A stretch of 56,062 nucleotides of DNA, counting the filler, from Basidiobolus ranarum (taxonomy: Eukaryota), in the NCBI GenBank assembly GCA_040143965.1. It is 6 parts of 6 records of this genome, joined end to end, with 100 filler letters (N's around TTAATTAATTAA, not from the genome) between each part and the next. Parts side by side here need not be neighbours in the genome. Positions count along the whole stretch, not along the records: positions 1 to 9,276 come from JASJQH010000848.1; positions 9,377 to 18,646 come from JASJQH010000849.1; 4 more parts are not named here. One strand, given 5' to 3'. Shown here piece after piece: positions 1-13,178 of the stretch. Within the stretch, counting starts at the first letter, position 1. Each line of letters starts with the position of its first letter. Made by a program: the position numbers and the translations under genes. A model generated the notes under the pieces. That model made no database searches. It was not told where the DNA came from and saw only the letters and a program-made list of their open reading frames with translations.

Positions 1-1
1 T

Positions 2-106
2 GATGGAGTGGTCAAAGTATTGAACATTGAGCAGCCTGGAGCATCAAGCTACAAGATATCTGGGCCCAATCACATGCTCAAAGATCTTGAAGAGTTGGGT
101 ATGTGA
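2..106 (+). CDS. C-terminal end of a type-II peroxiredoxin (Prx5/Ahp1/redoxin family), 5'-truncated by the window edge
   Basis: Frame 2 reads DGVVKVLNIEQPGASSYKISGPNHMLKDLEELGM* (TGA 104-106), resembling the DGxVKxLNxE..SG C-terminus of Prx5-type proteins. Only 34 aa visible. Confidence 0.7.
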   Translation, partial: DGVVKVLNIEQPGASSYKISGPNHMLKDLEELGM

Positions 107-552
107 AGTGAATATATTCCCTATCTAAACACAATATCAACTTTGGATAAATTGTGATTCTGAACTTAAAGCTTTTTGCTTCATTTGTTCTATCAATTTT
201 GATAGATGTGTTGACCAACAGAATCCTTGTATTTCTTAATCAATACTATTAATATTAGTAATAGTACCACGTAACTTTTGACCAAGAATAGTCAATCTAT
301 CAAGCCACTTTATACCTAATAAAGTCAATGGAAAAGGACAACGTTGTAGTGTCTATGATAGTCTGGAGAACGGTTTACTAATATACTTCACTTATTAATG
401 TTCTTTATTAAATTATCAAGCATTGGTTCTTCCAAACATAGGTTAGGTAAATGGTTGATAGCCATGTTTATTCATTAATGTATATGTATGTGCAGGGAAT
501 GAATGATACAAAAAACTCAGTAGTGTAACGGTCTTACAAAATGTGCATCTAA

Positions 553-1498
553 CTAATCTTTAAACATTTCTCCTAACTCTTGAGATCTAGTATTGGCAGC
601 AAGAACTCCTTTCTCGATCCATTCTCTGACCTCGCCGCGTTCCATTGTCTTAATAGCGGCCTCAGTAGTTCCATTGGGAGAGGTGACTTTGCGACGTAAT
701 TCCGCGAAATCTTCCCCACTTTTTTCCGCCATTTTGGCAGCCCCAAGACAAGTTTGGATGGCTAAGGCATTAGCAACTTCCTTTGGAAGACCAGCCTTTA
801 CACCAGCGTTTTCTGTTGATAAAGAAAAGGTCAGATATAGTTTGATTGAAATTCAATTGATTCGTCTTACCCATGGCTTCGAGCATTAAGAAGAAATAGG
901 CTGGACCTGAACCACTAACTGCTGTAACAGCATCTAACATATATTCATCATCTAACCATTGTGTTTTAGAGATTGAGCATAATATCTCGTTAGCTATTTC
1001 TTTGTGATCTTCATTGGTATTAGCGTTAGCATAAAGACCGGTAGCTCCACAGAGTACAAGGGCAGGTGTATTTGGCATGCATCTAACAACTGGGATTTTA
1101 GCACCTTCGATAACGTCTCCATTGTCATCGGTAGATAACCAACGAGCCAGCGCAGTAGTACGAATTCCAGCAGCGATGGTTATCACTAAAGGGTTTGTTT
1201 CGACCAAGGAAGAGCTCAGGCTGAGAGCAACTTGCTTCATCACCTGAGGTTTAACAGCAAACACTACTACTTGTGCTTTGGAGTGGCCATTTCCCTCGTA
1301 ACCTAGTATAGCTGAGGCACTGTCTGGAGCCAAGTTAATTCCAAAGCTCTCTTGCATATACTGAGCACGAGCTGTGACAATTTCGGACAAAGTAATGTTA
1401 CCGCGTTCGAAGCCATTTTCAATCAATCCTCCTATGATAGCTTCAGCCATATTACCACCACCAATGAAGGTGATATGTTGTGCACCTGCGCGAGTCAT
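553..1498 (-). CDS. PRO3: Pyrroline-5-carboxylate reductase; 2 exons (1498-871, 812-553)
   Basis: GGGNM nucleotide-binding motif, AVKPQ, RCMPNTP, SGSGPAY. A 58-nt GT-AG intron (870-813) restores the frame to VTSPNGTTEAAI and TAG at 555-553. Confidence 0.95.
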
Positions 1499-2640
1499 AG
1501 TAGGTTAGTCTTTAAAATTCAAGTTAAAACAAAGGATCTGTGTGTATCCAAGTGTGTTTTTCAACGGATATACAGGCTAGAAAGTGAGAGTTAGTTGGCT
1601 GGCATTCGCCCTTTTAAGGCTTAGTTTGACCGAAGAAACATCCAAGCTGTTTGATCACGCGACCATTGAGGTTTGATCTCGTTACTGGCGTTTTATCAGT
1701 CATATGATTCAGTGTTGCATTCTAACTATGTACTATACCAAAGTGGTAATGTAAAAGAGATTTATCAACGGATCAAGCGAACCATAGCCTTCCAATGAAA
1801 ATGATTCTCTTACAGATCTAATGTAGTGGCATGGGTATACCACACAAACTAATCTACTTGACATTCAGTTCAGTGTTTGGATATCTCGCACTCTTACCCA
1901 TGCACTACTGTTCACACTCTCCATCTGCGATTGTTTCACCGGTGGACTTCTTATCGGGATTTCACATGCTATCCAACTGGGACGGTTGGAGGATATAATA
2001 GTGGATGCCTGTAAGACGCTGAGCATATTACTCTCACGATGGAGGCTGTTATAGGGTAAATGCAGCTTGTATCTGATCTAGATAGAACATGAGTGCTGCA
2101 GCCTATCTATCAGATGGTGAGTCAAAAGCTTACATTGCTGAGTAGAGATGACTCGAAATTACACTCAGCGCATTTGTGGACGAAAGACATTAAGCGATCA
2201 TGATTGATGGACGCAAGGTGAGGCGATGGTTAATGCTCGAGCTATAAATTAGGCAACTGTTGTCGAATCAGCGCATCCTACAGAATATTCCTTACATTCA
2301 ATTCAACATCCCCTTAAGTGCTCTGGTAAGTCATCCTGCAATATTAGTTGCTACTTGGATACAACATATGCCATCTGCATCGTTGTAATTGTTAGCGTCT
2401 AGGGTTACCGTAAGTTGATGCTTCCAAGGCATTACCCAATATTGTCCATTCTTTGAACTTTTTAGGGCAAAGTATCTCATATAATGTTTCTTTGCCTCCC
2501 AATGTTGATAAATGGATCAAGATTCGTTTCCACAATGCCTGGAATTCTGTTACAATAGCCAAGCCCTAAGAAAGTATCATACATGCGTTGATTAAGAGGT
2601 GTTGTAAATTACGAATAGAGAAGTTTGAACTTTCGCTTAA

Positions 2641-2648
2641 GTCACGTG
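2641..2648. promoter_or_regulatory. Extended E-box GTCACGTG in the divergent PRO3/kinesin-3 intergenic region
   Basis: Exact match to the Cbf1/USF-type bHLH site; function is inferred only. Confidence 0.3.
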
Positions 2649-3568
2649 ATCTATTGATATATCAAAACCCGTAATTCATGTAATAACAATACGAATTGTG
2701 CTCACAATCTACCGATCATTGTGGAGTTGAAGTTCGGGCTTTCTCTTCCCGAACTTGTATCTATTAAAGCCTGTTGGTTAATAGATCGAGTGATAGAATC
2801 CCAATCTAGTAAATGTAACCATTGAATTTGGCTCTGTCACAAGGAAGATGTTACCAAGACTTTAAATTAAGCTGTTAATTTGCGCCGTCATGGGGTCCAA
2901 CAAATGGTAGTAATGGACAATAAATGATAAAAGACGCCCTGGATTTTCATATGTGCTTTCTTGAAGCATTTTGAATTAGCTTGGATCCCACGGCAGTGCG
3001 AAAATTTATCATCCAATGAGAAGCATAATCCGCTGTAGGGTACCAAGTGAGGGGGAGGGGTTAGACAAAGCAAATAGGGTGCAGATGTATAGGATGGTGG
3101 TGAGGCGTTCACTAGGTTGCAGAATAATTTAGTTGAGGATAGAAGGTATCCAGGTTATTGCCAGTTTAACATAATCTTCCAAATATTTTGTTCATACTTG
3201 TTTTTGAGATGATTTAGTTCTCTATTTTCCTATCACGTTTCTGGTTTACCCCCTCTTGTTCACAATTTATTATTGTGTATTTACAATATCCCTTATCCTA
3301 GTTCTAAATATCCAATTTTTACTCCTTAGTTCTACCTCGACTTTCAACTGCGTTGACTATTCGTCTTTTCCACAAAGTGTGTATTATAGAGAAGGAAGTG
3401 ATATTTTATATCATTGAGCGTTACCGACGCATACTTTGGGGAGTTTTTCTTCAATTCTCCAAACCTACTCCATATCACTTCATTTCATTCTAATTACTCG
3501 GAGCATATCGCACTCTTGAGAAACAACCAGTAGTCGTTTTCAGCTCTTCGCATTTAGCGACGAACTCG

Positions 3569-6500
3569 ATGAGTAATAATATCAAAGTAGTTGTTCGTTG
3601 TCGTCCTCTCAATTCAAGAGGTAAATTGGCTTTCAAGTGAAACAAAAATTCTATCACTAATAAGCAAACGAATTATCTCGCTGAAATCTCTTTTAAATTT
3701 CCTAACCCCCTCAACTCTTTTTCTCTCTGGGTTTATTCAACTTATTATTTATATATCGAAAATAGAAAAAGCAAGAGGGGCACAATGTCTTATCCGGATG
3801 GAGGGAGACCAAACCATCATCACAAAACCTGACGATAACTCGGTTAAATCGTTTGTGTTTGATCGGTCCTATTGGTCTTTTGACAAAAATGATCCCAGTT
3901 ATGCCTCCCAAGAAACCTTATATAATGACTTGGGTGAAGAATTATTGGATCACGCTTTTGGTGGTTATAACACCTGTATTTTTGCTTGTGCGTAAGATTT
4001 TCTTTTTAAAAAACTAAGGGAGGGGGAGGGGGGAATTATTCAAACTTGGGTTCACTGAAGAATATGTTTACTCGTTTTTACCTTAGATGGTCAGACTGGT
4101 TCTGGGAAGTCTTATTCTATGGTACGTGAGAGGAGGGGAGAAAGTGATGCTCTGGACGTGTTTAACTGGACTGGTTTTAATTTTCTTTTTTCCTTTTATA
4201 GATGGGTTACGGTGAAGATAAAGGAATTATCCCGTTGACTTGTTGTGAGTTATTTCATCGAATCGACTCAAACTCTGAGGCAAATGTGAAGTATAATATT
4301 CAAGTATCATATATGGAGATTTATTGCGAGAGAGTAAGGGATCTATTAAACCCAAAAACCAAAGGAAATATGAAAGTCCGTGAGCATCCAAGTATGGGCC
4401 CTTATGTTGAAGATCTATCAAAGCTCATGGTAACCTCGTTCGCTGACATTGAAGCATTGATGGACGCCGGTAATAAGGTGTATTTGGAATGTATATATAT
4501 GCCACAACATACTGCGAAAAATCTAACCATGTTGTCGTATCCGATCATAGTCCAGAACAGTTGCTGCAACGAATATGAATGAAACATCTAGTCGCTCTCA
4601 TGCTGTGTTTACCCTGATATTAACTCAAATCAGACATGATCCAGAGACCAATATGTCTTCGGAAAAGGTGTCTAAAATTAGGTATATCATAGCATTGAAT
4701 ACGATCTTCTCAAGCCTTGTATATTCACATATAAATCTCATTGTCTACATTGTTAAATCAGTCTAGTGGACTTGGCGGGTAGCGAACGTGCAGATTCCAC
4801 TGGTGCCACCGGAACCAGATTAAAAGAAGGTGCTAATATTAACAAATCCTTAACTACTCTTGGGAAAGTCATTTCAGCATTAGCTGAAGCTTCAACAAAA
4901 AAGAAAAAGAAAGACGAATTTGTACCATATAGAGATTCGGTAACTAACCTTGATATTCGTGATACTGTTAATCATCAGCAATCTCTTCTTTTAATTGACT
5001 CTTTTTGTTGTTGTTAGATCCTTACTTGGCTGCTTAAAGATTCTCTCGGTGGAAATTCCAAAACTGCTATGATTGCAGCCATTTCTCCGGCTGATTATGA
5101 TGAAACCTTAGGTACACTCCGTTATGCTGATCGTGCAAAGAAGATTCAAAACAAGGCTGTAGTTAATGAGGATCCCAATGCCAAATTAATTCGTGAACTG
5201 AAAGAAGAGTTACAAATGCTGCGCTCCAAGTTGGTTACTTACGACCCAGCTGAAGCTCTAGCAGCGGGTGGTGGAAATTACTCTGGATCATACGCTAATC
5301 TTGCTTCTGGCCCAGCTAGTAAAATTAGAGATCAACTTCAAGCATCTGAGAAACTGATGGCTGAGTTAAATGAATCTTGGGAAGACAAGTTGAAAAAAAC
5401 ACAGCACATTCAGACTGAACGAGAAAAAGTCTTAGAGGAGTTGGGTATCTCTATTGAAAAGAATCAAGTCGGGGTATATTCTCCGAAAAGAGTACCTCAT
5501 TTGGTTAATCTAAATGAGGATCCATTAATGTCCGAATGCCTCATTTATAACCTTAAACCTGGTATAACCAAAGTAGGACGAATGGATTCTGAGGTACCTG
5601 CTGATATTCGTTTAAGCGGCTCTAATATTCTTGAAGAACATTGCTATTTCGAAAATAACAGTGGTATGGTCACTTTGAACCCTGGAGATGGGAGCACGAC
5701 TATGGTTAATGGCCAACGAGTCAATAGTCCCAAAAGACTCAGATCTGGCTTTCGTGTTATTCTTGGTGATAATCACGTCTTTCGATTCAATCATCCTGAA
5801 GAAGTTCGACGAGAGCGTGATATGCATAAAAGTGCTCTTAGTAATTCCGCATTTCCCGAAGCTTCATCTTTAGCATTTGATGATCACGACAGGCCTGAAT
5901 CCCCAACCTCTTCGGTTTCATTAGCGTCAGAAGTTGTGGATTGGAACTTTGCTTGGAAAGAGGTGGCCAATACTGATGGTACACCATTGCCGTTGAGTAT
6001 CAAAAATGGAGATGGAGAAGATGCCTCAATGTTGACTAGTCCTGATCCCGCGCGTCTTGAGTTTGAAGTGAAACTTCATCTAGCTCGTAACGAAATGCAA
6101 CAACAGTTGGAAGCTCAAAAACAAGGCTATGAAAAGAAGTTACAAAAACTGGAGACCGAGAGCAATTCACCTGAGCAAACCATCGAGAAAGAAACCCTAG
6201 AAGAGAAACTTAAGGAAACGGAGGTAAAAATGAAGCAAATGCTCGTACAACAACGAGACGAATACGAAAAAAAGATCAAACGCATTTCTACTTTACCTCC
6301 TGGCACCCTCTATAAGGAACCAATCGTATATACTGAGAGAGAAAAGTGTCTAATAAATTGGACTCTAAGCCGTTTCCGAGCCCGTCGTACTGTCAACATG
6401 GCTGAAACCGTCTTAGCCAATGCTGTTATTTTGAAAGAAGCCAACGTTATCAGCAAGGAGTTGAACAAGCAGGTCACATATCAGTTTACCATCGTTGAAG

Positions 6501-8888
6501 ATTATCCTTTTATCCAACCGGTGTCTTTCTGGGAATGTATGTCTGCTTTAAATCAATTTGACAATCAAGAAGATTCGGACTTATTTGAGTGTCCAAAACC
6601 TTGCATCGGGGTCAAAGTAATTGATATGAAAAATGAAGTAATTTATACGTGGTCTATTGACAAGCTTAAATCTCGATTAAGACGTATGCGTCAGTTGTAT
6701 AACTACATCGACCAGCCTACATACCGAAAGCATTTTAATTTTGAGGAGCCTTTCTACGATGATCCACCTACATCTTTCACTCTAGTAGGAGGCGCCTCTG
6801 TATATCTACGGAATCTTTTATATAGGCTTGCGCAAGAGCACGATGTTCCAGTGCTTTGTAGGTACACCGGAGATGTCAAAGGCCATTGTCGTATTGCTGT
6901 AACGCCCGTCGTTGATGTCAACGGGATAAACTCACCTCCTCTATCTCCCAAAGCTAATGGAGAAGTAAACTCTCTGGATAATCGTGAACGAAAGCCCCAT
7001 TCACTTGGAGTGGGCGATCATATTAAGTTCAAAGTTAGCATAGTTGAGTTATTAGGGCTTTCTGAGGATGATTATACTCAAGTTCATTGCCAATTCCGTT
7101 TAGCTGGTTTTGGTAGCGTCAAACCACTATCTGAGAATGATAAAATCTTTGCAACTGATCCCGTCACAGACTTTGAAAACTCGCCTATTTATTTCGGTTA
7201 TCATCAAATAATTTCTATGACTTTGACTGAGGAGAGTTTAGCCCACCTTCAGTCCGGTTCACTCATATTTGAAGTTTATGGCCGTGCTAGGCCAAAAGTA
7301 TTTTTTGAGATCGAGCAATGGGACTCTAAACAAGAAGGTGGCGAAACCGCACCTACTTTTGACCCTAACTCTGACAAATCCAAGCCTGGTGAACGAAGAT
7401 CGGATGAAGAGTTGGTAGCTGAAGAGTATCATGATGTTCTAGCTTGGGCTCAGATATGCGAATTAGGGTCGACTGGCGAGTATATCCCTGTGCCAGTTCA
7501 AACTAGCAATGCTATGGACTCAGGTGCCTTTATGCTACGCCAGGGTCTACAACGTAGAATTGTCCTGAGTTTGTCTCATAATAGTGGGCACCAGTTTGAA
7601 TGGACGAAGGTAACGAAAATGAACGTTCGACATGTTCGACTACTCGAGAACAAAGCACGAATCTTAGAATCCAAGCCACGAAAGGATCTCGAGTTAAATA
7701 TTGTTCCCTCACAAACAGTTGTTTACCGGCCTGATGGAACTAGCTGCCTGATAGCTCAAGCATCATGGGATAGCTCCCTTCATGATTCAATATTCCTGAA
7801 TCGAACTACTGCTTCTAATCATCGTGTCATTATGTCTTTGGATTGGGAACTTGAAGCTGAGCGTGTATGCGAACCAATCTGCTTTAGTATGGATATTGCT
7901 GTTCAAGTGCAAGGACGTGAAGCCCGCACTCTCACGAAAGGATTGATGAAGCTTTTAGGAGGATCTAGTGAACAGCTTTATAAAATGAGCACTGTATTTC
8001 AAGTAACTTTGAAGCCACCTATTACTCGCAAATTAACAGAACTATGGCGTATGAACACAGCATCAACCTATATTCGTGGCGAAGAATTCCTTGGAGGTTG
8101 GAAGCCTCGAGGAGTATCTCTGGTTAAGGAGTATCGTCATATTCATGGACGTATTCGCATAGTGGAAGATGTTGAAAGCACCCGACAGCTATTGAAGGTG
8201 AGGGAGCTCCTGGGCATTCAGACATCAAGTTTCAGTACTCTTTCGTCCGAAGAGCTCTGCCAAAAAGTAGTTGCTTTATGGCAACGGCCGCTAAGAACCA
8301 TCGATGATGATATCCTTATAGATCCCAATCCCCCACTACCTGAGGAAACAATTACTCCAGATCCAGAACCCGTTGTTGACGATAGTTCTCTGAATTCACC
8401 TATGGCCACCTCTGCTCCTGAAATGCCTTCTCCAAATTCTGTACAGCCAACTGGATCGATCAAAGACCAAGTAAAGCTTACGGCCCAAGTTAAAATCATT
8501 AACAAGTCTGACACAGTCGCCAAGAAAGGATATTTGTTTTACCCAGAGAATCCACAAGATATTTATAACTGGTCTAAAAAGTGGTTTGTCATTCGACGAC
8601 CTTATTTGTATATGTATGCTAATCACTCCGAATCCGATGAACAAGCTGTTATCAACCTAACAGCAGTGCGGGTGGATTACCAACAAGATCTCGAGAATAT
8701 GCTGCAGGTAAGAGATAACTGATTAGGAATTGATGAAACATATTTTTCTAAGCCACTGAATACTACAGAGAAAGCATGTCTTTGCTATTTATACCAGCCA
8801 CAACTCATACCTATTACAAGCAACGTCCCAAGCGGATATGGATGATTGGATTGGCCAGATTGATCAGTGGTATCATGTACTTTCTTGA
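3569..8888 (+). CDS. unc-104: Kinesin-3 (Unc-104/KIF1A family): motor, FHA, coiled coil, C-terminal PH domain; 8 exons (3569-3620, 3766-3987, 4087-4121, 4202-4477, 4551-4681, 4762-4939, 5018-8707, 8769-8888)
   Basis: [10 protein letters not shown] start; P-loop GQTGSGKS on a 35-nt exon; [15 protein letters not shown]-loop [28 protein letters not shown] domain. GT-AG junctions keep the frame to TGA at 8886-8888. Confidence 0.95.
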
Positions 8889-9276
8889 ATTTCTCTTGTG
8901 GTAGGATCAACAGCTGCTCTATATTTCTTCTCTACATGCTGATTTTTGCAGCAAGCACTACTCTATGTTCACTAGAACCTGTTAATGATTGTTAGCAGCG
9001 TCTCGTGAAAGGTGGTAGGCTGATTTCCAAGGCCCCTCCAACTCAAATAGCTCCGACCATTTAATATATCACTCTTTAGTTTATCATGTATTTAATCCAT
9101 CTTATTTTCGCCCTTTCCAATGAAGGAAATTGTTTCATTTTTAAGCGGTCGTTTACTTTTGCTTGCTATTTCTGCTTTGCCTTCATCCCTGAGTCGTCTA
9201 GTACTCGGATGGCGCTGTACCTCCTATGATCTATCACAAATATATGTAATTGCTAATATCTCTGCTTCTATAAACG

Positions 9277-9376
9277 NNNNNNNNNNNNNNNNNNNNNNNN
9301 NNNNNNNNNNNNNNNNNNNNTTAATTAATTAANNNNNNNNNNNNNNNNNNNNNNNNNNNNNNNNNNNNNNNNNNNN
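9277..9376. other. Artificial contig linker N44-TTAATTAATTAA-N44
   Basis: 100-nt spacer carrying stop codons in all six frames; identical at five positions. Confidence 0.98.
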
Positions 9377-9527
9377 GTTTCTTCATTCAATTCTTGTAAA
9401 TGATCAATATCTTGTATCGCTTCTACGAGTTGATTCTGAAGAGTTTTGATTTGTTCTTTTTTATCGTGAAGATCAAAATTCAGTCGTCAGGATAGGTATG
9501 GGATGATGTCCTAATAACGTAGCTTAG

Positions 9528-10676
9528 TTTGCTTCTGGCAATAAGACTCTTGCACAGTATCACGCAGTTCATAACCTTCACTCCCGCTACCACGCTGGAA
9601 TATCTGAAATAGACATTATCACTGTTTTAGATGACGATGTGATAGTTCCAATCAATTGGCCTTCAAAATCAATCGAGGAACAGTTTGAAGATCCTTCAAA
9701 GATTGTATTGGGCTACCCTCTTGCCGCTGAAAATAGTAGTGCAACACTGATGGCTACTCTACAGGATTGTGAATATCTTAGTGGGAACGTTGGTCGCTAT
9801 GTCCAATCAATTCTGGGAACGCAATTATTTGCCTCTGGAGCGATTTCCACCTGGAGACTGGACCAGCTCAAAGAGGTACTAAGTCGCCACTGTACAATAT
9901 TTAATGGAGAAGACTTGGAGATGGGATATTTGGTTCATAAATTGTCTGGACGACCGGGTGCCAAGTTGGGTGTTGAATGTCCTACTCGGATCGGTTATGT
10001 CAGAGATTGTGTTGTTCCTACAATTGTGCCCTACTGTGCTGTGCATTGGTACGACATAATGCCCAACCCCTTAAAAAGGAAATTAAAGCCTACTCCATGC
10101 AACTGTGAGGAGCACTCATTTTTAAACCAACGTCTACGTTCATGGGATCCGGCTGGTCATATGTTCTTGTTCAAGTGGATCAAAGTGATGTTATCTCCTG
10201 GAGGTGGTTCGTATAGCCCTAAATGGTTTGTCCGAGTCATTTGTATGTGGAAGCTTGTAAGCGAACTTCGAGAGCTCTCTCAGATTGTTGGCATCTTTAT
10301 ATCTTTCTGTAAAATCAGAGCATTAGAACAATTTGAAAGTCTAATGATATTCTATGCGGATTCAATAATCATCTGTTGGGCTGTAATCTTATTCTACTCT
10401 TTCTTCCAGTCACACAGTTGCGGTCGCCTTGGTCTAGCATGGCGCCCAGATATTATTGTTTGGTATCCGATATTTTATGAGATTCCGTATTCCTTGGTTA
10501 TCCGTACCATCACTTCTTTGTATACCCTATTTTATTATATTCTTGTGGAGAGATTCCCCGATGATATTCGTACACAGTTGGAAACTGATAGTGAAAAATC
10601 TCTGGAGATTCTCACCAGTCAATTTAAAGAAGGACCGGATGTTGCAAGTGAATCCGAATTATACTTGAGCCATTAA
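9528..10676 (+). CDS. Processive family-2 glycosyltransferase (membrane polysaccharide synthase-like), 5' part missing
   Basis: The frame opens upstream of the listed ORF: GNKTLAQY...TVLDDD (DxD), QDCEY, SGAISTW, GEDL, QRLRSW, then hydrophobic C-terminal helices. AG acceptor at 9526-9527; the exon start is approximate. Confidence 0.8.
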   Translation, partial: FASGNKTLAQYHAVHNLHSRYHAGISEIDIITVLDDDVIVPINWPSKSIEEQFEDPSKIVLGYPLAAENSSATLMATLQDCEYLSGNVGRYVQSILGTQLFASGAISTWRLDQLKEVLSRHCTIFNGEDLEMGYLVHKLSGRPGAKLGVECPTRIGYVRDCVVPTIVPYCAVHWYDIMPNPLKRKLKPTPCNCEEHSFLNQRLRSWDPAGHMFLFKWIKVMLSPGGGSYSPKWFVRVICMWKLVSELRELSQIVGIFISFCKIRALEQFESLMIFYADSIIICWAVILFYSFFQSHSCGRLGLAWRPDIIVWYPIFYEIPYSLVIRTITSLYTLFYYILVERFPDDIRTQLETDSEKSLEILTSQFKEGPDVASESELYLSH

Positions 10677-12050
10677 TTTAAACTGTGAATTTCTCCCTAA
10701 TACTAATAATTAATAAATCTCCAATGTATATTAACAAAGTCATGTTGAATTATCATTTGCTTACATTGGGATGCAGATACAGGATCCATTGGAGTTATAT
10801 ACATATCATTTACGAATGAAAACTTCAGGAGCCGACTCAATGTCTAGAGCATAGGCTTCCCAATCTCAATCCTAGAGTCGATATATAATACCCCATCCTA
10901 CACCTGTTTATTAGAAAACATTATGGATATATGTACACTATCGCTCATAACTGAATTACTTTTTTTACAAGCAATATCAGTCTTTTATAATGTCACTGAG
11001 AATTTATACTCAGTGGTGTTGACCAATCTGTTTTCAGCTCATGCTTTTGCATATTTATTTTTGCCAGTAACTATTTTTGACACTCTATGTTGTGGCAGAA
11101 GATCATATACGCTGTTGAATCAATGCTGTGAATATTCTCATACTCAACAAGTATCTAATATCAAATATTTATAATCACAAGTGGAAATTTAGCAGACTAG
11201 CAATAACTATATGTTGCACACTTTTTGACTTGAGTTGCTTTATTAGGAGGCAGTTAGAGGTACCGAGATAAAATAAATTGAACTCAAGAACCTAGATGGT
11301 GACATAGTTCAGTATTCTTCTATTTCATAACACCAACTAAGATATTCAAAAATAGAGATTCAGTATATGGACCATTGAACAGCAACTTAACTATATTTGG
11401 TAATATTAATGCAATTCATGACAAAATAAACATGTAGATGGGCTCATCGTTTGCCTTTATTTTCCAATTTATCAGAAATTCTATCATAAATATCAGCATA
11501 CACCTGTGCTATTACTCCTACGTTCTTCAGTCTTTACCAGCATTTTCAAATCCAAATACACGTTTTGACCACACAATTCAACTTCATTGCTGACACGCAG
11601 CTTGATCAGAGTCAAAAGAATAGTTACTGATATCATGTTGGTTATAGAGCTATTTTAGGCAAACATAGTAGCTTGTCTCCAAGGGAAGGATATAAAAGGT
11701 TTAATGTGTCTCTAAACGCTATGTGCATTAAGCTCCAAATGTGTTAAGCTATAGTTTTAGCCATGTCTTTACTAATCCGCCCAAAATTCTAAATGATACA
11801 TAGAGTACCAATCTAGGCAAAATATACATGAGTATGCAATCTGAAGGCCTATAAGCGAATATATTGATATTTCAATTAGCATAATCACCACATTTGAATT
11901 ACGGTTTCAATTTTAAATCATGCAAAGAAGAAGTTATTTACAGCCTTTGTGACAAAATACATTTCATGAAAGAGAGTCCTACCCCTAAGAATAGAAGGAA
12001 TACATAGACCGTAAACTTCAAACTTCAGTCATTCGAAATGGACCAAGTTA

Positions 12051-12967
12051 CACTATCGCTCAAAACTGATTCATTTTTTGCATGCATTTTTTAAATGACA
12101 ATATCTCCTCTTCTATTTCATTTCTTGACGTTCTATTTGTATAAGATTTTACATATTGACAACTATTTTAGCTTCATACGTAAGGAAGGTGCTGCTCTTC
12201 GGCCACCAATGTGCTGAAAGTATCTTTTGAAGCAATTTTTTCCCTTCATATCTTAATAATTTGCTAAATGCTGTTTAAGAAGAATATCTGGATCTGATAT
12301 AACTTGAAGGAACATCTTCTATTGCCCATACAGTAATAAGTATTTGCATCAAAAGGAGCTCTATTCAATGGATTATCTTAGATGGCTTGGCAAAATGTAT
12401 TTATTGTGCTAGAGTAAGGTAAGGGACAACATAGCAAATTATACAGATATTCAGGGAAACAAATTGCTTCAAGAGATACTTTTAGCACATTGACGGCTGA
12501 AGAGCAGCACCTTCCTTATGTATGAAGCAAAAATAGTTGTCAATATGTAAAATTTTAACATATTGAACTTCTGAAATTTGGAAAACTTTTATCCAACATT
12601 TATTGATTGTACGATATTTACTTGGTGCTAGTCTGGGCGGCTTATATGGAATATGTAATGATCATGTCTAAAGCCCTAATATTAAAATTTTGGCTCTCAT
12701 ATAATTTGGAACTTAGAAATATAGCTGATAATGTATAATCTTAGTGTGAAAAGCATGTTGCGCTCATAAATGATTCACTCACTGCACTGAATATAAGCGT
12801 GTATAATATCACCAGGATTGATGGAATCACCTTCATAACGTAAAGAACTATCATTTGAGCTCTGCTTAAGCAGCGTAACAAATAGAACGTCAAAAATTGA
12901 AGTAAATGACAAGATATTGTCATTTGAAAAATGCATGCAAAAAATGAATCAATTTTAGGCGATAGTG
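12051..12967. mobile_element. Non-autonomous TIR (foldback/MITE-like) DNA element with CACTA...TAGTG ends, flanked by TA
   Basis: Outer inverted arms 12051-12140 / 12878-12967; inner arms about 12146-12266 / 12432-12553; TA at 12049-12050 and 12968-12969; no transposase ORF. Confidence 0.85.
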
Positions 12968-13178
12968 TATGTTCAAGCTTTGTACAAGACCGAGTGTCAA
13001 AACATAGCTAATAGCAAAAATGAGTTTCAAAGAACATGAGCTCTAAACTGATTTACTGATTGTACTGAATGCAAATGTAGGTAGCATCCCAAAGAGCACC
13101 ATCGAAGTATCAGAGACGGTTATTTGGCTTGGATTAAGCTGCGTGATAAATATAAAGTGGAGTTATGTAGTGAATGCA

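Noticed and set aside
9321-9332. TTAATTAATTAA recurring about every 9.36 kb as a periodic biological repeat
   Set aside because: Always embedded in N runs; it is a six-frame-stop assembly linker.
9120-9332. ORF running into the first linker as the N-terminus of the GT2 gene
   Set aside because: It lies on a different contig, runs through Ns and has no recognisable motif.
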